DNA of 64,000 nucleotides from Camelus ferus. Its lineage: Eukaryota. Positions 27,084 through 39,745 of the stretch are shown piece by piece (position 1 is the first letter of the stretch; each line of letters opens with the position of its first letter). Position numbers and translations under genes: made by a program. The stretch is from positions 101,372,001 to 101,436,000 of the forward strand of contig NC_045696.1 of the NCBI RefSeq assembly GCF_009834535.1, given 5' to 3'. Under the pieces are notes generated by a model, which was not told the origin of the DNA, ran no database searches, and saw only the letters and a list, made by a program, of their open reading frames with translations.

Positions 27084-28144
27084 ATACATAAGATAAGATA
27101 TATCATGACCCTCCCTTTAGGGTCCATGACACAAGACTGAATAATATAAAAACTTCAGGTTTCATGCTGGTTTTTAAAAATAATTTGTTGCATAGAATTC
27201 AAGATGCACAAACCAGCTATTGAGTTCCCATTAAAATATGTCGACAACTTCTTTTTAAGTAACCGAAATGCCTCACAAACATTCAGGCAGTATAAATATG
27301 CATGAAATGTGAAATCTGCATTTTACTCCCAAACTCTCTATTTCTAGAAGTAACCACTGCTGCTAATAGTTTTCTTTACCAGCAGACCCCTTCCATAATG
27401 TTTAGGACAAATCCCTCACATAGTTTCAGTAGAGCCTTTTAGAGAGGTCCAAATACAGTTGCCATTAGTAGCTCCCAAAAGCTCCTCCAGAAAATAGAAA
27501 CTTTTCAATTTAGTTTTCTTCTTATCACTTAATACCTCTCTGGACAAAATACTGCCTACTATAGAGGTTTCTGTAGGAGTATGGGGCTTGGTTATGTCAA
27601 TTAAGATCTTTGGCATTTCTCTCTCAGTGTCCGGTGCAGGCTTGTCCATGACACAAATTATTGTCAGGCTTATCAGCAGTCAGTAGTCTAGTGCTGACAC
27701 AGCAAACGTCTGATACACTCTTCCTGGTTGTCTTATGGGTGTACTTTGAGAAAAAAGGCATCAGCACAAGGCAGTAACCGGAGGACATCTGAGTGTTTTG
27801 AAGACATCGGGAACAAGCATATTTAACACTAGCTGGATCCTAACCATGCCTTTATATAGCAGCTTGCAGGAAACTCAGCCTGCTATAGTCTATCGTCTTT
27901 CTAGGTGATAGGGAGTTGGTAAGATGAAGTTGGTAAGTGATCAGATGATCATATCACAAGCTCAGAATCTAAATTAACTTCTTGCCATATGGGCCCAAAA
28001 GTCTGCTGACAGGCCAGGTGTAATACAGCTCCTTCACCCTTTATGGTTTTTTTCCCCAGGCATTGCCCATCATTGTGAGGTATCCAAGACTTCTATAATT
28101 TGCGAATATTTTCTTGTCCTTCACAGATGAAATCTAACATATCT

Positions 28145-28868
28145 TTTCATTCTAAAAATATGATTTGAGTATCTGTCATGTGCCAGGTACTGTTCTAGGT
28201 ATTTGGGGTCCACCAGTACCCCCAAGTAACAAAGATCTCTGCCCTCATGGAATCCACATCCTGGTAAAAGGAGACAATAAATGGTAAACATAATAAATAA
28301 ATGTATTCTATACAATGTTAAAAGTTAACAAGTGCTATGGAAAAGATTTTAAAAAGTAGAGTAGAGGAAATGGATTTCAGAGTGGTGATGGGGGTTACAA
28401 ATTTTAAAAGGGTCGTATGGGTAGGACTCAATGAGAAAGCAAGGTATAAGCAAAATTGTGAAGGAGGCAAGGAGTTAGCCATGGCAACATGTGGATAAAG
28501 AGCAGAGGGGAAACAGATGATGCCAGCATCCTAAGGTGTGTTTGAAGGACAGTAAGGAGGCCATGGTGAGCAGGAGGAAGTGTAGAAGATGAAGTCACAG
28601 GTTACATGAGGCTGTGTCCGACAGGACACATACTCAGGCTTTTAAAAAGAGAAATAAGGAGCCGACTGGAGGTTTTGAGCATAGGAGACCCATACTCTGT
28701 TATAATCGTAAAAGGATTATTCTGTTGTCATGCTAAGAAGAGACTTGAGAGCAGTGACAGTAGAAGCTGACAGCCCAGTTAGAATGATGTTCCAATAATC
28801 CACGGAGGAGATGCCTCTGACTTGGATCCAGGTGGTAACAGCAGAAACAATGGGTAGTGATTCTCATT
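28145..28868 (-). mobile_element. L2a-like remnant
   Basis: tttgagtatctgtcatgtgccaggtactgttctagg...aagatctctgccctcatggaatccacatcctgg...ggagccgactggaggttttgagcatagg. Confidence 0.88.
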
Positions 28869-28883
28869 AAGATGCTAGGCATC

Positions 28884-29034
28884 GGGGGAAGGGTATAGCT
28901 CAAGTGGTAAAGTGCATGCTCAGCAACCAAGAGGTCCTATGGTTTTTTCCCCTAGTCCTGGGTTCAATCCCCGTTACCTCCTCCAAGTGGAAATCAATGA
29001 AGAAACCTAATCACCTCCCCCTCAGAAAACAAAC
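28884..29034 (+). mobile_element. Camelid tRNA-derived SINE (Vic-1 type)
   Basis: gggggaagggtatagctcaagtggtaaagtgcatgctcagc (A box) ... gtcctgggttcaatcccc (B box) ... aaacctaatcacctccccc + A tail; 14-bp TSD aagatgctaggcat (28869-28882) / aagatgttaggcat (29035-29048). Confidence 0.9.
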
Positions 29035-29324
29035 AAGATGTTAGGCATGGATGGAAATATATTTCAATTTTACAATACCTCACTCTCCTAAAAATTGTTA
29101 AGTTAAAAACAAAGAAGAGAAGGAGGAGGAGGAAAAAGAAAAGAAGGAGCCCATCAACGGTTTAACTTTAGGCATTGCTGGAGAAGATATTCCAGCTGTC
29201 TGTGGGTCTCTGGCATTATTCCATAAGCACGATCTGATTTATGCACCAGGCAATGCTGGTGTCAGATGATTCTAGAAATCATGAGGGCAAGAAATATTGC
29301 AGAGGGATTTATATAATGCCCGCT

Positions 29325-29625
29325 GTTCATTCATTCATTCAAGCATCAAGTATTTATTAACATTTCCTGTGAGTCAGGCACTGTTCTCAGTAGTTGGAAC
29401 ACAACAGTGAACAACACAGACAAATGTCCATGCCTACATAGTGCTTGTACTCTAGACAATAGCAATAATAAGTAAGCTATTTAGCAAATTACGTCATGAC
29501 ACATGCCCTCAGAATAAAAGTAAAGCTGGAAGAGAGAGTATGCAGAGGTTGGGCAATGTTTCAGTTTTATACAGAGAGGTCAGGGTAGACCTTGTTGATG
29601 AGGAGAAAGACTCAAAGGAGGTGAG
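29325..29625 (-). mobile_element. L2 3' end remnant
   Basis: ttcattcattcattcaagcatcaagtatttattaacatttcctgtgagtcaggcactgttctcag...acaacagtgaacaacacagac. Confidence 0.88.
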
Positions 29626-30915
29626 TACCATACTCAGATTCTGAAAACGGATGATGGAACTCTTGCAGCTTCCTAAAGAAACTGATAATCCACTATTTAA
29701 TATACCTCTGCTGCAAAAGGACTTTGCCAAGAATTTCTTAATGATTGAATTATGAAATGACACTATACTGCTTATAGTCTTTTTATCATTTTTCTTGCAA
29801 ATCTCATCCTTGTACCATATTTGAAATCTTTTATATAACCCACTGTCAAATAAAAGAGCTAAACTGGTGTAGTTCCCAATACAGTTGATTATAATTATTA
29901 TATTTTCTTTCCTTTTTCAGCTCTATATATATTTAGAAAATAGCTGAAAAAGAATATAAATGAGAATAAATGTTCTAATTCCCAAGTGATTCTCTGCCTG
30001 CTTTATATCAGGCTCATTGTGAAATAAATGGAAAATATAATTAAATTGTTTTAAAATATAGGAATTATTCCAGTGATCATAAAAGAAATTATGCTATTTT
30101 TCAAAATGTAGCTTGGCACTCTGGCATGAGAGTTAAGCCAAAGGCTGACTGGACTCTTTCAGGCAATTTTGTGATGAACTTAACCTTTCCAGCTGACTTT
30201 ATGTAGCATGGTGTTCATTATCCAGAGTAATAGTCTTCTTTAATATGTCACAAATCTGAACAGCTATGACATTCATTTCCAAAGTTCAGCAAAATATATT
30301 AACTAGGCTTAGGCTTTATGAAGAATGAGATTGTCTAGGTGATTATTTATTTTCCCTTTTTCTTAATCAAGGAATCAAACCCCAAAACCACAAAATGTCT
30401 AAATATTACATAAATACTATCCTTGACCTGTGACCTAGAATCTTCCTCCAGGTGAAATTGTAGAGCAAATTTTTTAAAACTGTATGCCTCAAAATAGAAG
30501 TTCATGAGGGAAAGTGGTGGCCATGGGCAAATAAAATCGGGGACATTGGTTTTAAACACTGTCACCAGGTTCATCTGCAAGGTGTCTGAGAGATTTTAAC
30601 AAAATGTAGCCCCAGGAGATTGATGTAATTGGCAATGCTCTTCAACAAGCTATTTTTCATAGAATCATTAGTTTTGTAGAAAAGTCTATTTACAAGGAAT
30701 ACTGCTTGGGAAAACCTCATTTGAGAGACTTAAAGTAGGAATAGTTATCAATTCTTAAACACTACACTAGGTGCTAGCCATTTCACTCACTATATTCTTA
30801 CCACCTCCATGTATTTGTCAGAACTCTTTTGTACACAGATTCATAACCCTAACTTATACTGGTGTAAGCCTCCTTTAAGAGTTTCCTGTCAAATGGAAGT
30901 GAAAATATATGACGG

Positions 30916-31615
30916 AGTATGGAGATTCCTTAAAAAACTAAAAATAGACTTACCATATGATCCAGCAATCCCACTCTTGGGCATATATCTGGAAAAGACA
31001 AAAATTCTAATTTGAAAAGATACATGAACCTCAATGTTCATAGCAACACTATTTACAACAGCCAAGACATGGAAGCAACATAAGTGTCCATTGATGGATG
31101 ACTGCATAAAGGAGTTGTGTATATATACAATGAAATATCACTCAGCCATAAAAAAGAATGAAATAATGCCATTTGCAGCAACATAGATGGACCTAGAGAT
31201 TATCATACTAAGTGAAGTCAGTCAGACAGAGTAGAATAAATATCATATGACATAATTTATATGTGGAATCTAAAAATGTGATACAAATAAACTGATTTAC
31301 AAAATAGAAATAGACTCACAGACATAGAAAACATACTTATGATTACCAAAAGGGAAAGAGGGAAGACGGATAAATTAGGAGTTTGGGATTAACAGATAGA
31401 CACTACTGTATGTAAAACAGATAAACAACAAGGACGTCCTGATTTGCACAGGGAACTATGTTCAGTATCTTATAATAACCTGTATTGGAAAAGAATCTGA
31501 AAAAGAATATGTATATACGTATATATCTGAATCACTATGCTGTACACCTGAAACTAACACAACATTGTAAATCATAGTTGATTTACTTCAATTTAAAAAA
31601 AAAAAGAAAATTAAA
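30916..31615 (+). mobile_element. 5'-truncated L1 (older artiodactyl-type 3' end)
   Basis: [24 protein letters not shown] coding remnant, 3'UTR ctgaatcactatgctgtacacctgaaactaacac, A tail. Confidence 0.96.
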
Positions 31616-31987
31616 GAGAATACAGGGCAGGAACTGGCTTGGAGGATGACTCGAGGGATGTGCTCACACCTCCACACCCATTCTCTGGCTCTCCTCACCC
31701 CTTGTCCTGGTTCACTTCCCTGTTAGGCAGTTTTTCTTCAGACCACTGATGAGAGACTGGGAAATCCAGGACTTTCAGATTCCCAGAAGAAACTGTAAAA
31801 AAATCTGTATGAAATTGTATTCTTAATTCTGTACTGCTCAATTAGATTATGTTAAAGGAATAAAAGACAAATATTATTTATAAGAGATAAATTTTAATAT
31901 TAAACTAAAATTTAAAGATGACAATACAAATATCTTGTTCAAAATTATAAAATGACTTGGAAAACCATATGCAGGGGCCCCGATGAT

Positions 31988-32480
31988 TGTGACAGAGGCT
32001 GCTAGTTGTCCCCCTGAGGCCTGTATGACCATCTTCCTATGTAATAGGGATCCCAAAATTCACCTGGGCACATGGAAACACCAAACAAAAATTATACTTT
32101 CTGGTTGACCATTCAACCAGGTGTATCCAGGTGATGAAGTCTGGAAAAGAATGTGAACATATATAGTGGACATCTTCTTGAAAATGTCTCTAAAGGGGAG
32201 CGGTATAGCTCATGACTTTCCTGAGCTTTTCTCTGTTGTCTGGGGTAATTTTTATAGCTAATTAGAGCAGCAGTATTGGTCCATGCAAACCTTTGCCATA
32301 TATGGCAAAACAGGAAGATAGAAGGATCCCATCTCCCTAATATTATGGACCACTAATATCCGTATCAGCCCTGGGTCTCCACCTCTGGACTTTTGTGAGA
32401 GGAAAATTAAACTTCCACTGTGCTTAACCACTTTTATTTTGGGTTTCTTGTCATCTTTCAGCCAAACTTCATAGTTCCAT
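31988..32480 (+). mobile_element. Old MaLR LTR (MLT1J-like)
   Basis: tgtgacagaggctgctagttgtcccc...caggaagatagaaggatccc...cagccctgggtctccacctctggacttttgtgagaggaaaattaaacttcc...aaccacttttattttgggtttc. Confidence 0.8.
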
Positions 32481-33534
32481 TTCATTAATGAGAGTAAACA
32501 GAAACTCATTAGATGCTGGCCTGCAAATTTGTAGGTTAGCCTTTCCCTTTTTTTTCTGGTCAGTTTTCTTTCTAAACCTTTGAATGTTAGAAGAGTAAGG
32601 TCAACAACAGCTCTCCGCCCAGAGCCAAAATGTCTCTCCAGGGAGCCTAAAGCAATACTGACAGGATATCAGCCTTTTGCATCCAGACCACACAGGCCAG
32701 ATTAATTGATTTCTCCTTCCCCATCTTGAAACCATTTTAAATAGTAATGTCACACTGTTACCAACCTGCCACCTTATCTGACGTGTGTCCTTTCTTCAAA
32801 GCCTGGGCAAGCCCTAGTTGTCTTACTCTTCAGGCGGAGCCTAGGTGCCCCCGCCATCCCTCATTCTCTTGACCATTCACTGGCCACTGGCCAATTTTAC
32901 GGGGGGGACGTGGGACTGGCTCCTTCTTCTTTCCACCGTCAATCGGTTTAGAATCGGTTGGTTTAGCTATTTATGTACAGCCTTCAGAATAGGTTAGAAA
33001 GTGAATAAAGATGGAGAGGAAGTCTTTTCCATTTACATGTTTCAACAAATTGCAAAATAGAATATTTAAAAAGCCCTTTCCCCATTTGATGATGGAGTTA
33101 GAGTCAGTTTCATCAGCAGGATATGGTGACCTCTCTGACTGTGCCGCAGCGTTTTAAGACTGTGAACTGTTTGATACTTATTGGACCCTTTGATAGTCAA
33201 CTAGACTCACTGCCAAGAACAGTTAAGAGTCTGGGATCTAGCATCCTCTCTCTTCTGTGGCTATTTTCCAAAGTATTTATTAATAATACACTATAAGATA
33301 AATATATGACCCAAAGGAATTAGACTTTGAAGGTATGTGAACCTTCCGAATCACAGGTAACAAGAATGATTCTGAGTATTATTTCCAGCCATTTTTACTT
33401 ACCCCCCAAAGCATTTACTTGAAATAGATGAAGAAATGGAGACTTAAGTTATTTCCCCTTGATCTCTCTAGTTGACGGTAGCAAAGTAAAAATAAGAGCC
33501 CAGAGGTCTGTGCCCTGGTTCCTGGCCACAGCAG

Positions 33535-34032
33535 TACCAGCAGCAAGTCACTAAGTTCCTACCACGAGAGAGCCCTCGTCGCCACTCCCTACCTTCTTAT
33601 CCGCCTCTGGGATAAGGGCACAGGCTGGCAGGGCTCCACCAGGCCCATGCAGCAAGCACCGGGCAGCGCCACTGCCCATGGCTGACTTGACCTGACTCCC
33701 TGAGGCTCTGGCTTCTCCAGCCCCCCACCTGGAGGAGCCAGGGAGGACAGCCCAGAAGGGGGGGGCGGTGATCACCCCAAGGTGAGAAGTGAGGCCAGGA
33801 AGAGACAGAAAATAGCAAGAGGCTGGCAGATAGATGGCTCCTGTCCTGTCCCTTACAGACTTCCCCGTGACTGTGGAACCAGTTATGTTTTCTCCTGAAG
33901 CTGTGGTTGACTCAGAAACACCGCCTTGTGTTTGCTTTTCCTCCTTCCTAGCCTCACTTTCCCTTTTACTCTCACTCACCAATAATGAAGTTGAACCTGC
34001 TTTGGGCTCTGATTTCTAAGAACCCTGGACCC
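33535..34032 (+). mobile_element. ERVL LTR (LTR33-like)
   Basis: GC-rich body ending cctagcctcactttcccttttactctcactcaccaataa...gggctctgatttctaagaaccctgg. Confidence 0.7.
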
Positions 34033-34034
34033 AT

Positions 34035-34325
34035 CAGATCATGGTCCAGTTAGGCTACTCACCAGCCTGGCATCACATCCGCCATCTGAACAACAGAAAG
34101 CAGGAAGAGAGAAAGAAATTCCACCCCTCTGTCTTCAGGACGTTTTTCAGAAATCATAAGCAACATTTCCATCTGTTCCCATTGACTAAATGCAGACAAA
34201 GAGCCATGCCTAGCTGCAAAGAAGGCCGTCCTGTTCGGTAAAATCATGTGTCTGGCTGAAAACTGGCTAACTGTAACAAAGGAGAAGAAAGTGATTTGGG
34301 GAGGCCAATCAAATGTTTTATCTCT
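34035..34325 (-). mobile_element. Old MaLR LTR fragment (MLT1J/K-like)
   Basis: cccattgactaaatgcagacaaagagccatgcctagctgcaaagaaggc. Confidence 0.65.
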
Positions 34326-34419
34326 TACCCAGAGCCAGGGGCTGGAGGAGTCCTCCTTCTGTGAACCACCTCATTCATTTTCCTCTATCTACAAACCTCC
34401 AACACATCTTTCCACATAC

Positions 34420-36600
34420 TTATTTTCTCTAAATGACTTTGGTTTCTATTTCAACAAAAAACTGAAGCAATCAGAAGAAAAATTCCCCAAGTTCCTACCA
34501 CCACATCTACCCACTTGCCTGCAACTGTGTCCGTAGTGTCTACTCATGTCTTTGCTTGTAGCCAATGCCAAACCTTCACTTCTAAATTAAATGCAATTCC
34601 TTTTCACTTGCTCAAAGACACCCTCCACCTATTCTCTTCCTCTGTTTCCTGCAACATTGATTTTTCCCTCTCTTGTGGTTGATTCTCCCAAACGTACAAA
34701 CCTGTTATAATTTCCCCTATCTCAATAAAAGCCTCCCTTTATCCTCCTTCTCTTCTAATTCCTGTCTCATATCTCTCCTATGCCTTGAACTCTGCCTCCT
34801 TAAGTGAATCATCTATATTTTCTGTCTTCAGTTTTTCTCACTGAATTCCTGAATTCACTCCAGTGAATTTGCTCCTACACCATTTCACCAAAACTGCTCT
34901 TATCAAAGTCATCAATCAACTCCACATGCCAAAGACAATGGTTGATTCCATTTCTCATCTTAATTGACTTTTCAGCAGCATTTGCTGCAATTAATCACGC
35001 TCTCCTCTTTGATGCAAGTGCCTCACTGAGCTTACAGCACAATATAGCTGCTAGGTTTTCTTCTACCTTTCTGGCTTCTTCTCAGTGTTTTTGCTGAATG
35101 CTTCTTTCCTCCTGACTCCTAAATGTCAGAGCACTCCATGTCTCATCAGTCCTTGATTCTCTAATCTCTCTATACTGACTTCCTAGGTGATCTCCAGGTT
35201 CATGGTTTTGAATCTCACCTATATTATGATGATTCCCACATCTATTATCACCTTTCCTGGTCCCTAGCATCCACACTCAATAGCCACTAACTCAGTATCT
35301 ACTTTTTGTAATAGGTGTCTCTTAAATAGCATGTCCAAAACTGAGCTCCTGACACCTGTCAATGCCAAAATCTACTTGTTCCACAGCATTCACCATCTAG
35401 GTAAATAATTATATCTTTCCAGATGTTCTGACAAAAAGCAATCGTGTCATCCCTGACTCCTCTGTTTCTGTCACACTTTTGCTCATTCAGTCAGCAGATC
35501 TTTCCTATTCTACCTACAAAATAGCCCCAGAATTCCCTCCCTTCCTGCCATCTTCTACCTGAGTCAAACTAGCTCTTTTTTTCTTGGAAATAACTTTTAT
35601 TTACCAGTATTTTAAATTTTTTCTTTTTTTAATTTTATGTGCACTGAACTAAATATATATGAAAATTGAAGTATAGTCAGTTTACAATATGTCAGTTTCT
35701 GGTGTACAGCATAATGTTTCAGTCATACATGAACATACATATATTCATTTTCATATTCTTTTTCACCAAAGTTACTACAAGATATTGAATATAGTTTCCT
35801 ATGCTATACAGTATAAATGTATTGTTTATCTATTTTATATATAGTAGTTAGTATCTGCAAATCTGAAACTCCTAATTTATCCTTTCCTACCCCTTTCCCT
35901 CTCTGGTAACCATAAGTTTGTATTCTATGTCTGTGAGTCTTCTTCTGTTTTATAAGTTAGTCCATTTGTCTTTTTTTTTTTTTTTTTTTTTAGATTCCAC
36001 ATAGAAGTGATATCATATGGTATTTTTCTTTCTCTTTCTGGCTTACCTCACTTAGTATGACAATCTCCAGGTCCATCCATGTTGCTGCAAATGGCATTAT
36101 TTTTATTATTTTTTATGGCTGAGTGGTATTCTGCTGTATACGTATACCACAGCTTCTTTATAGACCACCTCTTTTTAGTCTATTCTCAACCCAGAGCTGA
36201 AAGAATACAGTTAAACAAAGTCATATCATTTTACTATTCTGCTGAAATCTCTCCTGTGACTTTCCAGCTCACTATCATTACTAGCACCTACAACTCACTG
36301 CCTGACCAGGTCTCTCAGTCCACATTCTGGCTTGCATCCTCTCTTAGTGCTCTTCTCCCCTTTAGATGATGCTCCCAACCTGAAACTTCAGCTCATTCCA
36401 GCACTTCTTACTTCTCTTTGGTTTATTTTTCTCCTGAGTTTTTAGTATATCACATAGTATGTAATTTACTTATTATCTGTCTCTTTCACTAAAAAATAAA
36501 TTAAATAAAGCCAAAGGCTTTTTTGTTGTTGTTGTCTGCTTTGCTTACTATAGGATCCTAGAGCAGTTCCTGGCACTTAATAGTAAGCACTCAGTAAGCA
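34420..36600 (+). mobile_element. Long L2 remnant including degenerate reverse-transcriptase sequence, split by an L1
   Basis: 34889-35010 reads, across a frameshift, KTALIKVIN..LILIDFSAAFAAINHALL (L2/CR1-clade RT motif ETALxKVxND..LDLSAAFDTVDH); 3' end cctggcacttaatagtaagcactcagtaa. Confidence 0.88.
35581..36161 (-). mobile_element. L1 3' end (35664-36161) with ~80 bp of extra 3' sequence (35581-35663)
   Basis: aattgaagtatagtcagtttacaat...gtataccacagcttctttat; candidate TSD aaactagctcttttt (35566-35580) / agaccacctcttttt (36162-36176). Confidence 0.93.
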
Positions 36601-36919
36601 CTCCATGTCTTATCCTCCACTTTGTGGCAGGAATAAATGACAGGTTGCCCTGTGTTCTCACAATGGCTCAGCACTTGCCACACTGCACAAAAGAGGCTCA
36701 CACCTACTCTTGGCTGTGCCCCCAGCACATCTGGACCTAAGTCTCCCAGGAGATTTTCTAAAGGTTGCTTCCTAGAATTTGTATTATCAAACGGCTGCAT
36801 GTGGAAAAATCTCATTGCAAGAGCAATAATAGCTGTACATTAGATACAATACTACTGTACAATAGCTGGGAGTGAATTCAATAACAACAGCGAAAGTAAG
36901 GCAGCCATGGGAGAAAAAA

Positions 36920-37600
36920 AAATTCTATACAGTACAGAAAAAAGACCTAAATGAATGAAAGATGGCCTATGTCCCTAAATGGGAAAACTAAATAAAAATA
37001 TAAGTAGATCAAAAGTTAACATACAAATCTAATACATCTTCAACTGGAATGTCAATGAGATCTTCTTGGAACTTTATACTATTATTTTGAATTTCATGTG
37101 GAAGAAGGAATCTGCCAGGATTCCCCTCTAAAAAAATGAAAAAAAAATTAGAGGGTAGAGATAGCTAAACAAATATAAAAATAGTATAGGAAAAGCAGCA
37201 ACAGAAGAGAGAATAAAGAATCAAGAAACAGAACAGGCAGACATCAAAATACATGATAAATGTGGGAAGTACACATCTTTGGGCAAACAGCGGATTCTGA
37301 AATAAATGGGATGGAGACCACTGGTAATCTATTTAGAAGAAAAATATATAATTAAACATCCTACTACGTTTTGTACGCAGAAAAATTTTCCAGATAGATC
37401 AATAATCTAAAAGTTAAAAACTACTGTATATAAAAACATTAGGAGAAGACCTAGGAGAATATTAGTACATTTGTGAGGGAAAAGCTGTCTTAAATAAGAA
37501 GGGCAAACTCAGAAGTTATAAAGGTAAACAATTAGCATATAGGATTATGCTAAAATTTTACATAATGAAGTTAAAAGAATTTGTTAGAAACTTCTAGTTC
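36920..37600 (+). mobile_element. Ancient L1M ORF2 remnant
   Basis: aaaagacctaaatgaatgaaagatggcctatgtccctaaatgggaaaact, aaaattttccagatagatcaataatctaaaagttaaaaa. Confidence 0.75.
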
Positions 37601-38779
37601 TAACATCATAGTGTTGGTCAGGAGGAGGGTAGAGATATGCGCTCTCAGGCACGCACGCTAAAAATGTAAGGACGGCTACTAAATAATAGAAATTGAGTAT
37701 TTTAACTAGAACACAAATCAAACAATTCATGGAGCACAAGCAGACCTATACTGCAGGGGACTAATTTGTTCCATGACTTTCTGATCTCACCGAAGTAACA
37801 GAAACTTCTCTGTCTATGCAGAGTCTCATTTTTATACATAGAATGTCTAATCCAGTCTAATGATGAAATCCTCCAACTCTTTTCAAAGGTAACACTTCTC
37901 CCCCTATCCTCCAGCTGGAGCCTGTTGTGCCGGGGCTGCTGGTCTTCAGAGTGAGAGAGTGCAGTTTGCATGTTAGTTCTTGCTGATTCTCTCCCTGAAC
38001 ATGGCAGTCAACTGGACAGATTCCTCCACCACTTGCCAGGAGGGTTTTGAGGTCAGATGAGGGAATCTGGACTACCCTTATTTGAATGCCACTGTGTCCA
38101 AAATGAATGTCACACAAGCACTTCTGTGGCTTCTTTAGAGATCTCAGTCCTTGGGGCCTCTTGACCTTCAGTTCCCTTGATGTGGCAGCCCGCCGGGAAC
38201 CCAGTGATTTTATTTCTGCCACTTTTTGACAGAATTTGCTTTCAGTCAGACCTTATCTGATAGCAGCTAAGACAACCCTCACACCAGCACCCTTCACAGG
38301 TGGCCTACACGGGTGTCAGAGGAAACCCACACCTCTTCTCCCAGCACACTCACTGCCATGACAGCTTGATTTTCCTCTGCCACAAGATCACTGGCTGCCC
38401 CATCTCTCTCCTCCTCCCCTTTTCCCAAACAGGAGGCAGCTGCCTTCCTCCTGTCTCCCCTTAAAGCTGGAGAAGAGATCATGCTGTACCACTCCCTTCT
38501 CTCCTGGACGTGGGCACGGAGTCACAGTGCACTAGCAGCTCTTCCCACGGGGACGGTCTTCATAAATCCTCTTCTCATTTGTCTTCAACATCTTCAGTGT
38601 AGGAATGTTTCAATTAATTCAGTGAAACCAAATTTTAAATATTTTCTTTAAAAATCTGCATATTGGACTAATACTTCCCTTTGCAATTAATTACATTATA
38701 TATCTTATTTTTGTTATAATCAAAACTTTTACTTAAATATACCGATAAAAATGTCTAACTTCCAACCTAGCAGACAAAA

Positions 38780-39745
38780 GATTTAAAAGATAGTAAAGGA
38801 CATCCAATTTATCCAGTAGAAGCCAAGAAAGAGGGAAAAGCAGAGCCAAGGAGAATCATGATTTTGAAAACTTCCACAATCTACAGAAGAAATAAATCCC
38901 AACATGAAATATCAATTCTAATAATCATTTAAGGTTTTCAGTTAAAAGACAAAAATTTTCAAAATGAAAAAAAAAAAAATCCAGCTATGTGTTCTAAATA
39001 AATAACCCTTGATATATATTTCCCAAATATAGGAAAAATAAGAAATCTACCAATTCAGTTTACATGGCTGGCGTGGCACTGATCCAAAACTGTATGAAAA
39101 TAGTTCATGAAAGGAAAATAATAAAACAATCCTACCTATGAATATAAATGTAAAAACTCTCAATAAGTTATTGTTTATAATATGTAGCAATTTCTATTCA
39201 ATTCTAACAAATAGAGATCATGAGAATTCAAAATCCTTTAACCTTAGAAAAATACATCAATGAATTTATCTATAGCAACATATTATCTGAGAAAATATAA
39301 TACCATGTTATTAGATGTAGAAAAAATAGGTGCAAAAATCCATCATCCATTAAGGGTAAAAATTAAGAATGGAAGAGGACTCACTTAACTTTATAAAGGG
39401 CATTTAAAAAAAAGTTCAACAAACATATATAATAATTAAATATTAAAAGAATTACCTTTATATTTATGAATAAGACATAGTTGCCCATGAACATCATTTG
39501 TACTCAACATTTTAATGAATGTTTAAAGTCAGCACAATAAAGGCAAGAAAAATTTAAAATGATATAAAAATTATCAATTTCAGAAGCAAGAAAAATTGTA
39601 TTACTATTGAAATTGACAAAATTTCCAGTTGGAAATTTTGAAATATTGACTGAAAAATTGGGAGAGTGGCAATAGTAATAATGTTAGCCTTGGATTCCCC
39701 AAGTTACAAAAACCAAAAAATACATATATGGTTAAGGAGCTAAGG
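38780..39745 (+). mobile_element. Ancient L1M ORF2 remnant
   Basis: ctgatccaaaactg...aaaacaatcctacctatgaatataaatgtaaaaactctcaataag...tagatgtagaaaaaataggtgcaaaaatccatcatccatt. Confidence 0.75.

Noticed and set aside
28884..28980. tRNA gene (A and B boxes present)
   Set aside because: It has a SINE tail, A-rich end, 14-bp TSD and a disrupting insertion, so it is a tRNA-derived SINE.
29172..29270. Acceptor-like site followed by a peptide containing YAPGNAG (GARS-like motif)
   Set aside because: A stop follows within a few codons and the flanking residues show no similarity; chance.
33551..33982. 143-aa GC-rich ORF
   Set aside because: Lies antisense within an LTR33-like element.
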